From positions 970,331-1,034,330 of the forward strand of contig DASPLQ010000012.1 in assembly GCA_035627515.1 (NCBI GenBank): a stretch of DNA of 64,000 nt, read 5' to 3'. Numbering within the stretch: the stretch's first letter is position 1; the number at the start of each line of letters is the position of its first letter. This document shows, in pieces, positions 37,934-48,064 of the stretch. This stretch comes from Vitreimonas sp. Lineage in GTDB: Bacteria; Patescibacteriota; Microgenomatia; UBA1400; PJMF01. Position numbers and translations under genes: made by a program. Below the pieces are notes generated by a model. The model was not told the DNA's origin, did not search any database, and saw only the letters and a list, made by a program, of their open reading frames with translations.

Positions 37934-38302
37934 ATGACCGCAGCTCCTAAACACATTTTTATTTGTGAAGATGACGAAGGTATTATCGAAGTTACCAAGA
38001 CTATCCTAGAAGAAAAAGGGTATATAGTGGAAACGTGTAGCAGCTGTACTCAGATTTTTGAAAAGCTAGAAAAAGTAAAACCAGACTTACTATTAATTGA
38101 TCTATGGATGCCGCAGATTGGCGGTGCCGAAATCACAAAGAAACTCAAAGCGGACCCCAAAACAAAAAAGATTCCGGTCATTATTTTGTCAGCCAATAAA
38201 GATACAGAAAACGTGGCTAAAAGTGTAGGCGCTGATGATTTTATTCAAAAACCATTTGATATTGATGTGTTGGAAGAAAAAGTGGAGAAGTTTGTTTCTT
38301 AA
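37934..38302 (+). CDS. Single-domain response regulator
   Basis: EDD, DLWMP, ILSA, KPF. Confidence 0.92.
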   Translation: MTAAPKHIFICEDDEGIIEVTKTILEEKGYIVETCSSCTQIFEKLEKVKPDLLLIDLWMPQIGGAEITKKLKADPKTKKIPVIILSANKDTENVAKSVGADDFIQKPFDIDVLEEKVEKFVS

Positions 38303-38329
38303 TTCCCTGTGTGAAAATAGTATGTTGTG

Positions 38330-38400
38330 ATCCCAGGCTAGGGTTCGAACCTAGAATAACAGGGTCAGAACCTGTTGTGATGCCATTTCACTACCTGGGA
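38330..38400 (-). tRNA. tRNA-Gln (CUG); CCA not encoded
   Basis: TCCCAGG/CCTGGGA acceptor stem, GTGA/TCAC D stem, ACAGG-TTCTGAC-CCTGT anticodon arm, CTAGG-TTCGAAC-CCTAG T arm. Confidence 0.95.
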
Positions 38401-38522
38401 GTAGGAATTAAGAACTTTTTAAGAATCGATCACGCTTGGTGATTAAGAAGTGAAGTATATCAAATTTTCCTCTGAAGCTCACGTCTTGTTTTTAAAACTG
38501 ACTCTTCTATTATCGTCACACG

Positions 38523-39203
38523 ATGATTCCTATTTTAATCGTGGAAAATGATCTGTTTTTGGCGCAGGCGCTGGCAAACGCCCTGCCTAAGCAGCGGTTT
38601 GCCGTCACATGTGTAGCGACTTTATATGACGCAAAACGCTATATCAAGAAAAAGGAGTTTGATGTCGTGGTGGTAGATCGTATTTTAAATGATGGTGATG
38701 GTTTAAATTTACTTCATACAATCACCTTTCACCGTCCAACTACTAAAGTTATTATTTTAACTACGCGCGGCTTACAGGAGGAAAAAGTAGCTGGCCTCAC
38801 TCAGGGTGTGGATGATTATTTATCTAAACCCTTGAGCTTAGTCGAGTTCAGATTGAGGATAGAAAAATGGACCACTTTAAACAAGACGCAGCCTGTTGAT
38901 TATCGACAAGTGCAAGATGTTAAATTGTTCCCTCATTCTGGCGAACTAATTGTGGGGGAAAAGACTAGAACGATTCGTCGTAAGGAAATGCAAATTTTAG
39001 ATTGTTTATTCCGGCATAAAAACCGGACTGTGAGTCGTGAAATGTTAATTGATTTTGTCTGGCAAGGCGAACAAGATATTCCCACCTATACTACTATTGA
39101 TGTTTATTTGCGGAGAATAAGATTACTACTTGGAGATCGTGGATCATTAATCAAAACTGTCAGGGGTTATGGCTATATGGCTGAGGAAGCAGCGGGATCT
39201 TGA
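38523..39203 (+). CDS. OmpR-family response regulator
   Basis: Receiver domain (END, VDR, DDYLSKP) plus wHTH (TIDVYLRRIR, IKTVRGYGY). Confidence 0.92.
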   Translation: MIPILIVENDLFLAQALANALPKQRFAVTCVATLYDAKRYIKKKEFDVVVVDRILNDGDGLNLLHTITFHRPTTKVIILTTRGLQEEKVAGLTQGVDDYLSKPLSLVEFRLRIEKWTTLNKTQPVDYRQVQDVKLFPHSGELIVGEKTRTIRRKEMQILDCLFRHKNRTVSREMLIDFVWQGEQDIPTYTTIDVYLRRIRLLLGDRGSLIKTVRGYGYMAEEAAGS

Positions 39204-39819
39204 GAGTAACAGTAGTTCCTTTGTGCAAGACAGGGGAGATCATCATTTTTCCGCCAAAGTGAGTTTCAATTATACTTTTGACAAAGCGTAGTCCCAACCC
39301 AGGTCTTTTTTTCAACGTATCAAAGTAGGGGTATTTGAAGACTACTCGTGCCCACCAGCTGATGCCGTGTCCGCCATCAATGACCCGGAGTACTAACTGG
39401 CCTTCGTCGATGTGAGCTGTCAGGTAAATTAATTTGTTAGTAGCATGATCTTCATACGCTTGGGCAGCGTTTTTTAACACACACAAGAGGCTTTCTTGAA
39501 AGTGATACTTATTGCCAATGAGCATACCCGTGTCGGGAATTTTAAGTGATGATAAGAAAACGTGAGTGGCATATGGTCTTTTAAACATGATAATCACTTC
39601 ATGTAGGGCTTGTAAGATATTAAAGGCTTGGTACTGAGTGGAAGTAGTCAATGCTTGTAAATGCCGCGCACTGACTAATGCTTCTCTGAGCAAAAAGCTG
39701 TGCTGAGAGTGAGCTAAGTGTTCCAGAGCTAGTTCTAAATTGATTAATATACTCGATAAGGGCGTGCTAACAGCATGCAAAAAAAGTTTAGATTGGAAGG
39801 ATGGCTCAGAAGTACGCAT
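39160..39819 (-). CDS. Minimal histidine kinase without a sensor domain
   Basis: HAVSTPL (H box), LKNA (N), DGGHG (G1), GLGL (G2), GTTV. Confidence 0.8.
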   Translation of the reverse strand: MRTSEPSFQSKLFLHAVSTPLSSILINLELALEHLAHSQHSFLLREALVSARHLQALTTSTQYQAFNILQALHEVIIMFKRPYATHVFLSSLKIPDTGMLIGNKYHFQESLLCVLKNAAQAYEDHATNKLIYLTAHIDEGQLVLRVIDGGHGISWWARVVFKYPYFDTLKKRPGLGLRFVKSIIETHFGGKMMISPVLHKGTTVTLKIPLLPQPYSHNP

Positions 39820-39882
39820 ACGCGACAGACACGAGTAAATGGCTTGTAGAGTATCGTACTGTTATTAAAAATTCTTTAAATT

Positions 39883-41523
39883 TTAAGGTGAGTTTGAAGT
39901 AACTTCACCTGAAGGTGTACTTTGATGAGCTAACTCTGTGATATCCCAGACTTGTAAACACGGAGCTTGATTGGGTCGGCAGATGTTTAGCAAGCGCTGC
40001 GAGGGATCTAGTTTTAGATCCAAACGATGGGAGTTAACGACTAATAACACTTGATCAAATTGGCGGGCGCGCTGTTTGAAATTTTCCGGAATGAAGCGCA
40101 CTGGTTGCCCGATACCATCAATAAAAATATTACTTACGTCACGACGATGAAAATACAAGGTCAAACCATCTGGTAAAGTTCCAAAGTAACCTTCCGTAGC
40201 AACAGCTACGGTGTGATCCTGAGATAACGACCGAATTAAAGCCGCGGTTTCTAGTAAACCGTGTCCTGAAGACCATTCATGGAGATATTGAACTTTGTCA
40301 GCTGCCACAAAGGGGGTGGCGTTGGAACTGAAGAGTGCAGGTAACATGAAGTAAAGTGAGGTCATGACCACTTGAGTACACAAGACAGTGACTAGTAATC
40401 CCCCGACTGCTTTTCGAGCAATGTTTCGTGGCTGATTAATGAAACTATCAACAAGGTCTTGAAAGGCTAGTGCGCCAGCCAAAGTAAAAAATAAACTTAC
40501 TGGCATAAAATAGCGGGGATAAACAACTTTACCTAAAAGGGCAATCGGCAAGATAAATGACAGAGCAGACCAAAACAGTAAATGATAGGTTTTTTGGTGA
40601 CGCTTAATAAACAGCCCCGCGACGCTTAATAACAACAGACTAACGCTCAAGTAATGGTAAAAGTATGAAATATAGGTGGAAAAATTGGTGATGGTTTGTT
40701 GCCATTTACCATCAAACACCACTTCTCGCCAAGGATAAAGAAAATCACTGCCACGACTAAATAATTGACTGAAGACGGGAGAAATTTTAAGTGAGGCAAA
40801 AATGACAATGCCTATGCCGGCTGCCACCATCATTTTGGCTAAGAGTACGAGGCGGCTCGACCACGATACTTTCTCTGCCCACCCCGCCCACAATACAAAG
40901 AGTGGTGCAAATAAAATAGCTGGAACCTTGGTCCACAGGCTGAAACCAAAACACACACCAGTCATCGCTATCCAGCCTATGCTGATTCGATCAAAAGTGG
41001 CCACAATAACCTGGACGCTTTTTTTAGACAATGATAATGCTACTGAAGCATGGTGTCCCTGATGGTGATCAGCTAATTTAATCAGACCTACTAAAAGTAA
41101 GCTTAACCAGAGCGTCAATAACCCATCGATGAGGGCCATCCGGTGATGGAAAAACCAGAAAGGCAATATCACAGTGAAGATCATGCCTAGCAGTTGGGTT
41201 TTAGGGCGAGCTTGGAGCAATGATAACAAATATCCCATCACCCCCACCTGCAGAAGGCCAACAGCTACTGAAACAAAACGAGCAGCCCACAATTGATCAG
41301 CAAAGAGATACTGAAAAGGAATTAACAACCACATGAATAATGGTGTTTTGCCATCATTCATTGGGAAAAATAAGTAACGTTGCCAGTCATCAATAATCAG
41401 TTGAGACCAGCGAATATAAATGGCTTCATCAGCAAAGACAGGTAAAGCAGTAAGGTTAATGAGGTGTGTCACTAGATAAATGACAGCAATTAACCCAAAG
41501 ATAGACAGAGAGGCTCTTTTCAC
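39883..41523 (-). CDS. GT-C (ArnT/PMT, GT39/83-like) membrane glycosyltransferase
   Basis: FADEAIY, KTPLFMWL, polytopic, PRYF. Confidence 0.82.
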   Translation of the reverse strand: MKRASLSIFGLIAVIYLVTHLINLTALPVFADEAIYIRWSQLIIDDWQRYLFFPMNDGKTPLFMWLLIPFQYLFADQLWAARFVSVAVGLLQVGVMGYLLSLLQARPKTQLLGMIFTVILPFWFFHHRMALIDGLLTLWLSLLLVGLIKLADHHQGHHASVALSLSKKSVQVIVATFDRISIGWIAMTGVCFGFSLWTKVPAILFAPLFVLWAGWAEKVSWSSRLVLLAKMMVAAGIGIVIFASLKISPVFSQLFSRGSDFLYPWREVVFDGKWQQTITNFSTYISYFYHYLSVSLLLLSVAGLFIKRHQKTYHLLFWSALSFILPIALLGKVVYPRYFMPVSLFFTLAGALAFQDLVDSFINQPRNIARKAVGGLLVTVLCTQVVMTSLYFMLPALFSSNATPFVAADKVQYLHEWSSGHGLLETAALIRSLSQDHTVAVATEGYFGTLPDGLTLYFHRRDVSNIFIDGIGQPVRFIPENFKQRARQFDQVLLVVNSHRLDLKLDPSQRLLNICRPNQAPCLQVWDITELAHQSTPSGEVTSNSP

Positions 41524-41581
41524 GGTTATTATTGTACAAGAAGTTGGGTCCAGAAGCGAATTTAATGCTATGATTTAACTC

Positions 41582-43282
41582 ATGTCAAAGCGTGCATGGT
41601 GGATTAGCATTATTTTTATTCTGTGCCTCAGTCTTAGCATCCGTTTTTATCACTTAGGGCAAGTTCCCGTGGGACTGTATTGGGATGAGATAGCGATGTT
41701 GACCGATGCTAAATCGGTTGCCGAGTCCGGTCTCGATATGCATGGCAGGCCCTGGTTTCAAGTGTTATATCCCTCCTATGGTGATTACAAATTGCCGGTT
41801 TATATTTGGTTAGCCAGTCTGATGGTAAAGATATTTGGCATTAGTGAATGGGCACTGCGCCTACCCAGTGCTGTCGCCGGGGTAGCCACGGTAGCACTCG
41901 GTGGTCTCTTGATGCATGAAATCTGGAAATGGTCAGCACACTCTAAACAGACACGTTCGTATGCACCGCTATTTGCCATGCTGATTACGGCTTTAGCGCC
42001 CTGGGCCATTATGTTTTCTCGTACGGGCTTTGAAGGTCATCTGGGACAAGCCCTGTTAGGGTTATCTATCTGGGTAGCTATGAAAGCTACCACAGCTAAA
42101 CAACCCTGGTGGTGGTTACTCGGCTCAGCAGTCCTTGGGGCATTAGCTACCTACACCTACTTTTCAGTGCGTTTTGTCTGGCCGGTAGTAGTGATAGCCA
42201 CTCAACTGTTGGGTAATGAGCATTTATTTACGAAACGGTCAGTTAAAGTTTTATTATCACTAGTGGCAAAAGTGTTCCTTCCGTTACTGGTTTTTGCCGT
42301 GTTGCTATGGCCGATGCTGCGCTCACCTTTATATGCCGATAGCAATCGCTTTCGTTTAGGCACGGATTCGGTTTTAAAAACCGATACCACAATTCACACT
42401 GGCAATTTCTATAAAGAATTAAGTGGCAATAGTATTGTTGATCGACTACTTTTTCATCGGGGAGTATTTATTCTTCAGGCCTTAGCTGATAACTATAGTG
42501 ATAACGTCAGTGATAGCTTTAAATTTATTGTCGGTGACCCTAATTTACGACATGGAACCGGAGAACATGGTCTGTTTTATGGAGTGTGGCTGTTGTTTTT
42601 TGTGGTGGGGTGTTACGCTCTCGCTCGTGATAACAAACGAGGTTTATTGTTGTTGATCGGATGGTGGGTGATAGCTTTGCTTCCGGCTTCAGTTCCAGAA
42701 AACACCCCGCATGCTTTACGGTCGCTCAACGCTTTACTGCCCTTAGTGATTATTTTAGGCAGTGGGGCGATGGAGAGTTGGCAAGGTTTATTAAAGTTTA
42801 AAGTATTAAGTTCAAAATTTAATGATGTAGTCTTAACGTCTCTTTTTGTGCTGTTGTTTTTTGTGGTGCCGAGCGCGTCCTTTTTAGCTCATTACTTCAC
42901 GCAGTACCCCCAAGATTCTGCCACAGCCTGGCAAGATCAGTATAAAGAATTAGCTGTTAAGTTATTTGAGATCAAACGTGATCGTCCGGTGTACGTGTTG
43001 AAATTTGATGATCGGTTTTATTTATGGCTGATGGCCTATGGTCCTTACACAGCACGAGATTTTCATACGTGGAAAAGTGACAATTATCAATTCCGAGAAC
43101 TCGACACTTTTTATTTTGATGTCTATCCGACTATGAGGAGTGAGACACGCTTAGTAGTAGGTGAGGTGGGAAGAATGAGCGAGCTCGAAGAAAAATCAAA
43201 TTTAGTGCTCAAACGCGAAGCGGTGATTTATGATCATGAGGGTCAGCCAAAGTTTATCATTGCTAGTGTTGAGGGATCATGA
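41582..43282 (+). CDS. GT-C (ArnT/PMT-like) membrane glycosyltransferase
   Basis: YWDEIA, YGDYKLP, LRLPSA, SRTGFE, PHALRS. Confidence 0.85.
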   Translation: MSKRAWWISIIFILCLSLSIRFYHLGQVPVGLYWDEIAMLTDAKSVAESGLDMHGRPWFQVLYPSYGDYKLPVYIWLASLMVKIFGISEWALRLPSAVAGVATVALGGLLMHEIWKWSAHSKQTRSYAPLFAMLITALAPWAIMFSRTGFEGHLGQALLGLSIWVAMKATTAKQPWWWLLGSAVLGALATYTYFSVRFVWPVVVIATQLLGNEHLFTKRSVKVLLSLVAKVFLPLLVFAVLLWPMLRSPLYADSNRFRLGTDSVLKTDTTIHTGNFYKELSGNSIVDRLLFHRGVFILQALADNYSDNVSDSFKFIVGDPNLRHGTGEHGLFYGVWLLFFVVGCYALARDNKRGLLLLIGWWVIALLPASVPENTPHALRSLNALLPLVIILGSGAMESWQGLLKFKVLSSKFNDVVLTSLFVLLFFVVPSASFLAHYFTQYPQDSATAWQDQYKELAVKLFEIKRDRPVYVLKFDDRFYLWLMAYGPYTARDFHTWKSDNYQFRELDTFYFDVYPTMRSETRLVVGEVGRMSELEEKSNLVLKREAVIYDHEGQPKFIIASVEGS

Positions 43283-44913
43283 TGAAAAAGGTGATTAATA
43301 AATACCTAGTTGTAATTGGTTTAGTTTTTTTGATGGCTGCTGGCGCTGGAGTGCGATTTTTTCACTTGGCTACTAATCCAGTGATGTTAAATCGTGATGA
43401 GGCAGCTTTGGCTTATAACGCTTTTTTACTGAAAGAAGCTGGAGTAGACGAGTGGCAACAACCATGGCCATTGGCTTTACAATCATTTGGCGACTATAAG
43501 TTACCCGGATATATATGGTTAACAATTTTATCTTTTGCCGCTTTTGGATACAGTGATTGGGCAGTCAGAGTGCCCGCGGCAGTGGCCGGCACATTATTAA
43601 TTCTTGTCACTTACTGGTTGACTCGTCGCCTAAATTGGGAAAAACACTGGAGCATATTAGCTGCAGCATTGATTGCTTTTTTACCAGTATTTGTGTTTTA
43701 TTCTCGGATGGCTTGGGAAGCAAATGTCAGCCTCCTGCTGACCGTGTTGAGTTTGGGGTTAATTTGGTTTCAGCCTGATAAACGTCTGCATTCTCATCGT
43801 GAAGATTTGGTAGGGACAGGAATTTTATTGTGGTCTGTTTTTACCTATAATACGCCCTTTTTATTGTTACCTTTTTTGATTGTCATTTTGCCATTGCGGC
43901 GAGGTTGGAAACAGCTCGATCGTTGGTTGTGGGTGGTCATGGGATTACTGATTGTCTTTGCTTTAGCTGCAGTTGTTCAATTACCCATTAGTACTCAGAA
44001 AAGTGGTATTACACTTTTCTCTGATCAAAATGTGTGGTTAGCTTCCGTAGAGTATCGCCAACAGTTTACAGGAGTAGCCCAAACGGTTTTAGGTAATAAG
44101 TATGTGTTCTTGGCTCAGTTATTAGCACAAAAATGGTGGGGAAGCTTTAGTCCGCACTTTATGGTCATTAAGGGCGGAGATCATCCTTGGCATCAGTTGC
44201 CAGGATATGCTCACTTTTTCTGGGATAGTTATCTACTAAGCTTAATTGGGGTGGTGACATTGTTTGTGATGACTATTAAAAAAAGTTTGGCAACCTTTTC
44301 CCAAACATTCACTCTTTCTCAAGTTCAATTAAGCCAGGATGGCCTAAGTCTGTATTTATTATTGATTTCATTATTGCCGGCGATTATTACTGTCGATGCC
44401 CCTCATGCCACGCGCAGTTTGTTATTTTTCTTTTTATTAATCATTAATGGAGTGGCTGGAGCACGACACTTAATTAAAGTACTTGCTTCACCTGCTCGAG
44501 AAGGGCAACTATCTTTAGCGATCATTGTAGTATTTATCTTAAGTACTACTGTTCAATTCACCCAGTATTTTGCTCATTATTTGCAGGAGTATCCTCGCCA
44601 AAGTTATTTTAATTTTCAAGGGGGTTACCCAGAGTTAATCACTAAGCTTGACCAAGATTACCCTCACAAAGAAATCGCGATTGTGGATGGGCCAGGGTTT
44701 CAGTATGTGGTGACTGCTTGGTACTTAAAAACGTCACCTCAGGAATTTTTTGATACAATAATTCGCCAGCAGCCAGATAAATTAGGTTTTCGTTATGGAC
44801 AGCAGCTTCAGCAATTTCATTTTATTGCTGATGACGATGATCGTAGTGACAAAGAAGGAATCGTAGTGGAGTGGAATCGTGATAACTCTGAATGGATTGT
44901 GAAGGAGTATTAA
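43279..44913 (+). CDS. GT-C (ArnT/PMT-like) membrane glycosyltransferase, paralog of the upstream gene
   Basis: NRDEAALAYNA, FGDYKLP, VRVPAA, SRMAWE, PHATRS. Confidence 0.85.
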   Translation: MMKKVINKYLVVIGLVFLMAAGAGVRFFHLATNPVMLNRDEAALAYNAFLLKEAGVDEWQQPWPLALQSFGDYKLPGYIWLTILSFAAFGYSDWAVRVPAAVAGTLLILVTYWLTRRLNWEKHWSILAAALIAFLPVFVFYSRMAWEANVSLLLTVLSLGLIWFQPDKRLHSHREDLVGTGILLWSVFTYNTPFLLLPFLIVILPLRRGWKQLDRWLWVVMGLLIVFALAAVVQLPISTQKSGITLFSDQNVWLASVEYRQQFTGVAQTVLGNKYVFLAQLLAQKWWGSFSPHFMVIKGGDHPWHQLPGYAHFFWDSYLLSLIGVVTLFVMTIKKSLATFSQTFTLSQVQLSQDGLSLYLLLISLLPAIITVDAPHATRSLLFFFLLIINGVAGARHLIKVLASPAREGQLSLAIIVVFILSTTVQFTQYFAHYLQEYPRQSYFNFQGGYPELITKLDQDYPHKEIAIVDGPGFQYVVTAWYLKTSPQEFFDTIIRQQPDKLGFRYGQQLQQFHFIADDDDRSDKEGIVVEWNRDNSEWIVKEY

Positions 44914-44915
44914 CT

Positions 44916-45755
44916 ATGTGGTTATTTTTTGCTCTCTTAGCTGGTAGTTTTTACACCCTTTCTGGTCTAGCGACGCGGTACGTACTCAAAGGCAGTAAGG
45001 ATGCGTGGGCCTTCTCATTTTGGTTTAGCGCGGTGGGAGCTATAGTCAGCTTACCTTTTGCGCTTTATCAGCCCGTTTGGCAACCAAGTACTTTCAGCTG
45101 GGTACTAACGCTGGTGATGGGGGCATTGATCATGCTTCATAATTGGTTAAGCTTTCGGGCTAGCAATTACTTAACCGCTTCAGTCAGTGGAACGATCACA
45201 AAGTTGCGGCTAGTATGGGTCTTTTTGCTCGGTGTAGTTCTCACTCGTGAGCCGTTTTCATTCTTCACTTTAGTTGGTGTACTGCTGACTATAATGAGCA
45301 GTGCTGTCATCTTTGGGACCTTTCGAAAGCTATCAGTGGGTAAGGGCTTAAATCTAGCTGTGGCCGCGACAGTGGTTTACGCATGTATTGTGACCATCAA
45401 CAAAAGCCTTTTTACCAGTTTCAGTCCTGATATTGTTACCTTTTTCATTTTCTTTGTCCCAGCGGTGTTGAATTTACTATTAATGCCCAACTCAGTCAGT
45501 CGTGTCAGCGAGCTCCTCACTAGTGATCGACGCGGTGTGATGTTAGCTTGTGGAACCGGGGCTTTAGCCAACTTGGCCATGGTTCGAGCGTTTGCGTTGG
45601 GTCAAGTCACAGCCGTAGTCGTTATCATCGAAGCCTTTTTGTTAGTGACCTTGGTGGGTGAACACTTTTGGTTGAAGGAGCGCTCACAGGTTTTGGAGAA
45701 GGTTAGCGGTGTGATTCTAGCAGTGTTGGGAGCAATGTTAATTACTCTTAAGTAA
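44916..45755 (+). CDS. EamA/DMT family transporter
   Basis: About 10 TM helices in two repeats ending LTREP and WLKER; ATG at 44916. Confidence 0.82.
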   Translation: MWLFFALLAGSFYTLSGLATRYVLKGSKDAWAFSFWFSAVGAIVSLPFALYQPVWQPSTFSWVLTLVMGALIMLHNWLSFRASNYLTASVSGTITKLRLVWVFLLGVVLTREPFSFFTLVGVLLTIMSSAVIFGTFRKLSVGKGLNLAVAATVVYACIVTINKSLFTSFSPDIVTFFIFFVPAVLNLLLMPNSVSRVSELLTSDRRGVMLACGTGALANLAMVRAFALGQVTAVVVIIEAFLLVTLVGEHFWLKERSQVLEKVSGVILAVLGAMLITLK

Positions 45756-45769
45756 TAGTTGGGATAAAA

Positions 45770-46201
45770 ATGAGAACTCGAATTGTAGTAGTCGGCATCA
45801 TTAAGAATAAAGATAATAAATACTTGCTTTGTAAAATGGCGGAAGATCATGGTGTTTATCCAGGAGAGTGGGGATTAATTGGTGGGGGTGTCGATGAAGG
45901 TGAAGATATTAAGATGGCGTTAGTGCGGGAGATTAAAGAAGAAGCGGGTTTAAAAGTTTTAGAAATGAAGCCACTCTTTTTTGGAGAAGATCGTAAGGTT
46001 AAAAAGTTGCGTCAAGGTGGTGAAGAAGAACAGTATCTGATTTATTTACTATTTGAAGTTATAACCGAGGGAGAGGTCGTTCTCAATGACGAATGGGAAG
46101 AGTATCAATGGTTATCTGCCACAGAAATAGCTGAACTTAACTTGAATAACCAAACGCGTGCTAACCTCCAAAGATACGGGTTAATTAGCGCATCTAACTA
46201 G
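45770..46201 (+). CDS. NUDIX hydrolase (NudI-like)
   Basis: YLLCKM..GVYPGEWGLIGGGVDEGE..REIKEEAG. Confidence 0.88.
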   Translation: MRTRIVVVGIIKNKDNKYLLCKMAEDHGVYPGEWGLIGGGVDEGEDIKMALVREIKEEAGLKVLEMKPLFFGEDRKVKKLRQGGEEEQYLIYLLFEVITEGEVVLNDEWEEYQWLSATEIAELNLNNQTRANLQRYGLISASN

Positions 46202-46217
46202 GTATAATGAAAGTACT

Positions 46218-47003
46218 ATGATCTCAGTTGTTTTAGCCACTCATAATGAAGCCAAAAATCTACCACGCTGTTTGGAGGCGGTAAAAGATTTCGCGGATGA
46301 GATTATCATCGTGGATGGTGAGTCAACCGATGAGACGGTGGCCATTGCCAAAACGTTCAAAGCCAAGGTTATCAAGACTACTAATAAAGCTAATTTTCAT
46401 ATCAATAAGCAAATGGCCATGGATGAGGCACGTGGCGAGTTAGTGCTGCAGCTTGATGCTGATGAAGTGGTTGATGATGATTTGGCACTTTTTATTCGTG
46501 ATCTCCACCATCATTTACGTGAAGATAATGATCACTATAACGCGTGGTTGATTAAACGCAAAAATTTATTTCTCGGGCGATTTTTATCTAAAGGTGGTCA
46601 ATACCCCGATCCCGTCATTCGTTTGTATCGGTCCGGCAAAGCTTGGCTGCCTCAAAAAGACGTTCATGAACAAATGCACGTCGAAGGGCAAACAGGTTGG
46701 GCTGAAGGTCATTTGACTCACTATGCCAACCCAACTTTCGAAGACTACATGCGCAAGTTTAATACCTATACCAGTTTTAAAGCCGTACAACTAGATGAGG
46801 CTAAGCTTTCAATTAATCTACTCACTGGCCTTCATTACTTGGTGTGGAAACCCTTTGCTACGTTGTTTATGATTTTTATTCGTCATAAAGGTTTCGTGGA
46901 TGGGGTACCCGGTTTTGTATTTGCATTGATGAGTGGCTTGCACCATGCCTTTGCATATTTGAAGTTATGGGAAATTCGGGAAAAACGTCGTTTAAAATTA
47001 TAA
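46218..47003 (+). CDS. GT2 glycosyltransferase (beta-1,4-glucosyltransferase-like)
   Basis: HNEAKNL, VDGESTD, LDADE, VHE, GFVDG. Confidence 0.9.
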   Translation: MISVVLATHNEAKNLPRCLEAVKDFADEIIIVDGESTDETVAIAKTFKAKVIKTTNKANFHINKQMAMDEARGELVLQLDADEVVDDDLALFIRDLHHHLREDNDHYNAWLIKRKNLFLGRFLSKGGQYPDPVIRLYRSGKAWLPQKDVHEQMHVEGQTGWAEGHLTHYANPTFEDYMRKFNTYTSFKAVQLDEAKLSINLLTGLHYLVWKPFATLFMIFIRHKGFVDGVPGFVFALMSGLHHAFAYLKLWEIREKRRLKL

Positions 47004-47009
47004 GCACTT

Positions 47010-48062
47010 ATGTCAACAACTCCCTTACTCGTTAAACTCGACACCACTCCACTCGGCAATGACAATGCCATTCGGGGTGTAGGCATGTACACGCGGTTAC
47101 TTCACCAAGAGTTGTCACAGTTGCCAGATGTTCAACTCATCAGTTTGGGAGAATCACAAACACCCGATGTTATTCACTATCCTTTTTTTGATTTATTTTT
47201 TGCTACCTTGCCGTGGAGACACTCAGCTCCCACTGTCATCACCATTCATGACGTGATTCCGCTTAAATTTCCGGAGTTTTACCCGGTGGGTAAAAAAGGT
47301 CGAGTTCGCTATTGGCGCCAACGTTTTTTAGCCCAACGTGCCGACGCGATCATTACTGACTCAGAAGCCTCTAAAGCTGACATTGTCAAACATCTAGGTA
47401 TTAAATCGACCAAGGTACATGTAGTATATTTAGCCGCCAATCCCGAATTGAAAAAAGCTGATAAAAATGAAGTTAGCCGTGTCAAAAAAGCCTATCATTT
47501 GCCAGCACAGTATATTTTGTATGTTGGTGATATTAACTACAACAAAAACTTACCTCAATTAATTAAAGCGGTTAAGTATTTACCTGAAGACATTCATTTA
47601 GTGTGTGTGGGCAAAAATTTTTACCCCCATGAGATTCCTGAATGGCGCTGGATCGAAGCCCAAATCGCGATGAGTGAGGTTACTGATCGGGTTCATTTAA
47701 TTCCTGACATTGCTGGGGATGCTACCAAGGATTTAGCGGCCTTATATTCAGGCGCTGTGGCGTATGTTCAACCATCTCTTTACGAAGGGTTTGGTTTACC
47801 AATTTTGGAAGCCATGCAGTGCCGAGTCCCTGTAGTTTCCACCCACACCTCATCGCTGATTGAAGTAGGTAATGAGTACGTGGTCTTCACTACACCTACG
47901 GCGGAGTCATTGGCTGAAGGTGTGGAGGCAGTATTAAACTGGAGCGAAACAAAGCGCCAGCAGGTGATTCGCGCTGCGTTTGAGTGGAGCCAAAGCTTTA
48001 CTTGGCAAAAAACAGCTCAGGAAACGCTGGGTATTTATCGTCAGGTTTTAAATAAAAAGTAA
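47010..48062 (+). CDS. GT4 glycosyltransferase (MtfB-like)
   Basis: TIHDVIP, YNKN, PSLYEGFGLPILEAM. Confidence 0.92.
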   Translation: MSTTPLLVKLDTTPLGNDNAIRGVGMYTRLLHQELSQLPDVQLISLGESQTPDVIHYPFFDLFFATLPWRHSAPTVITIHDVIPLKFPEFYPVGKKGRVRYWRQRFLAQRADAIITDSEASKADIVKHLGIKSTKVHVVYLAANPELKKADKNEVSRVKKAYHLPAQYILYVGDINYNKNLPQLIKAVKYLPEDIHLVCVGKNFYPHEIPEWRWIEAQIAMSEVTDRVHLIPDIAGDATKDLAALYSGAVAYVQPSLYEGFGLPILEAMQCRVPVVSTHTSSLIEVGNEYVVFTTPTAESLAEGVEAVLNWSETKRQQVIRAAFEWSQSFTWQKTAQETLGIYRQVLNKK

Positions 48063-48064
48063 TT

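Noticed and set aside
38303-38522. tRNA as an integration site for an island
   Set aside because: No integrase and no duplicated tRNA 3' end seen in the window
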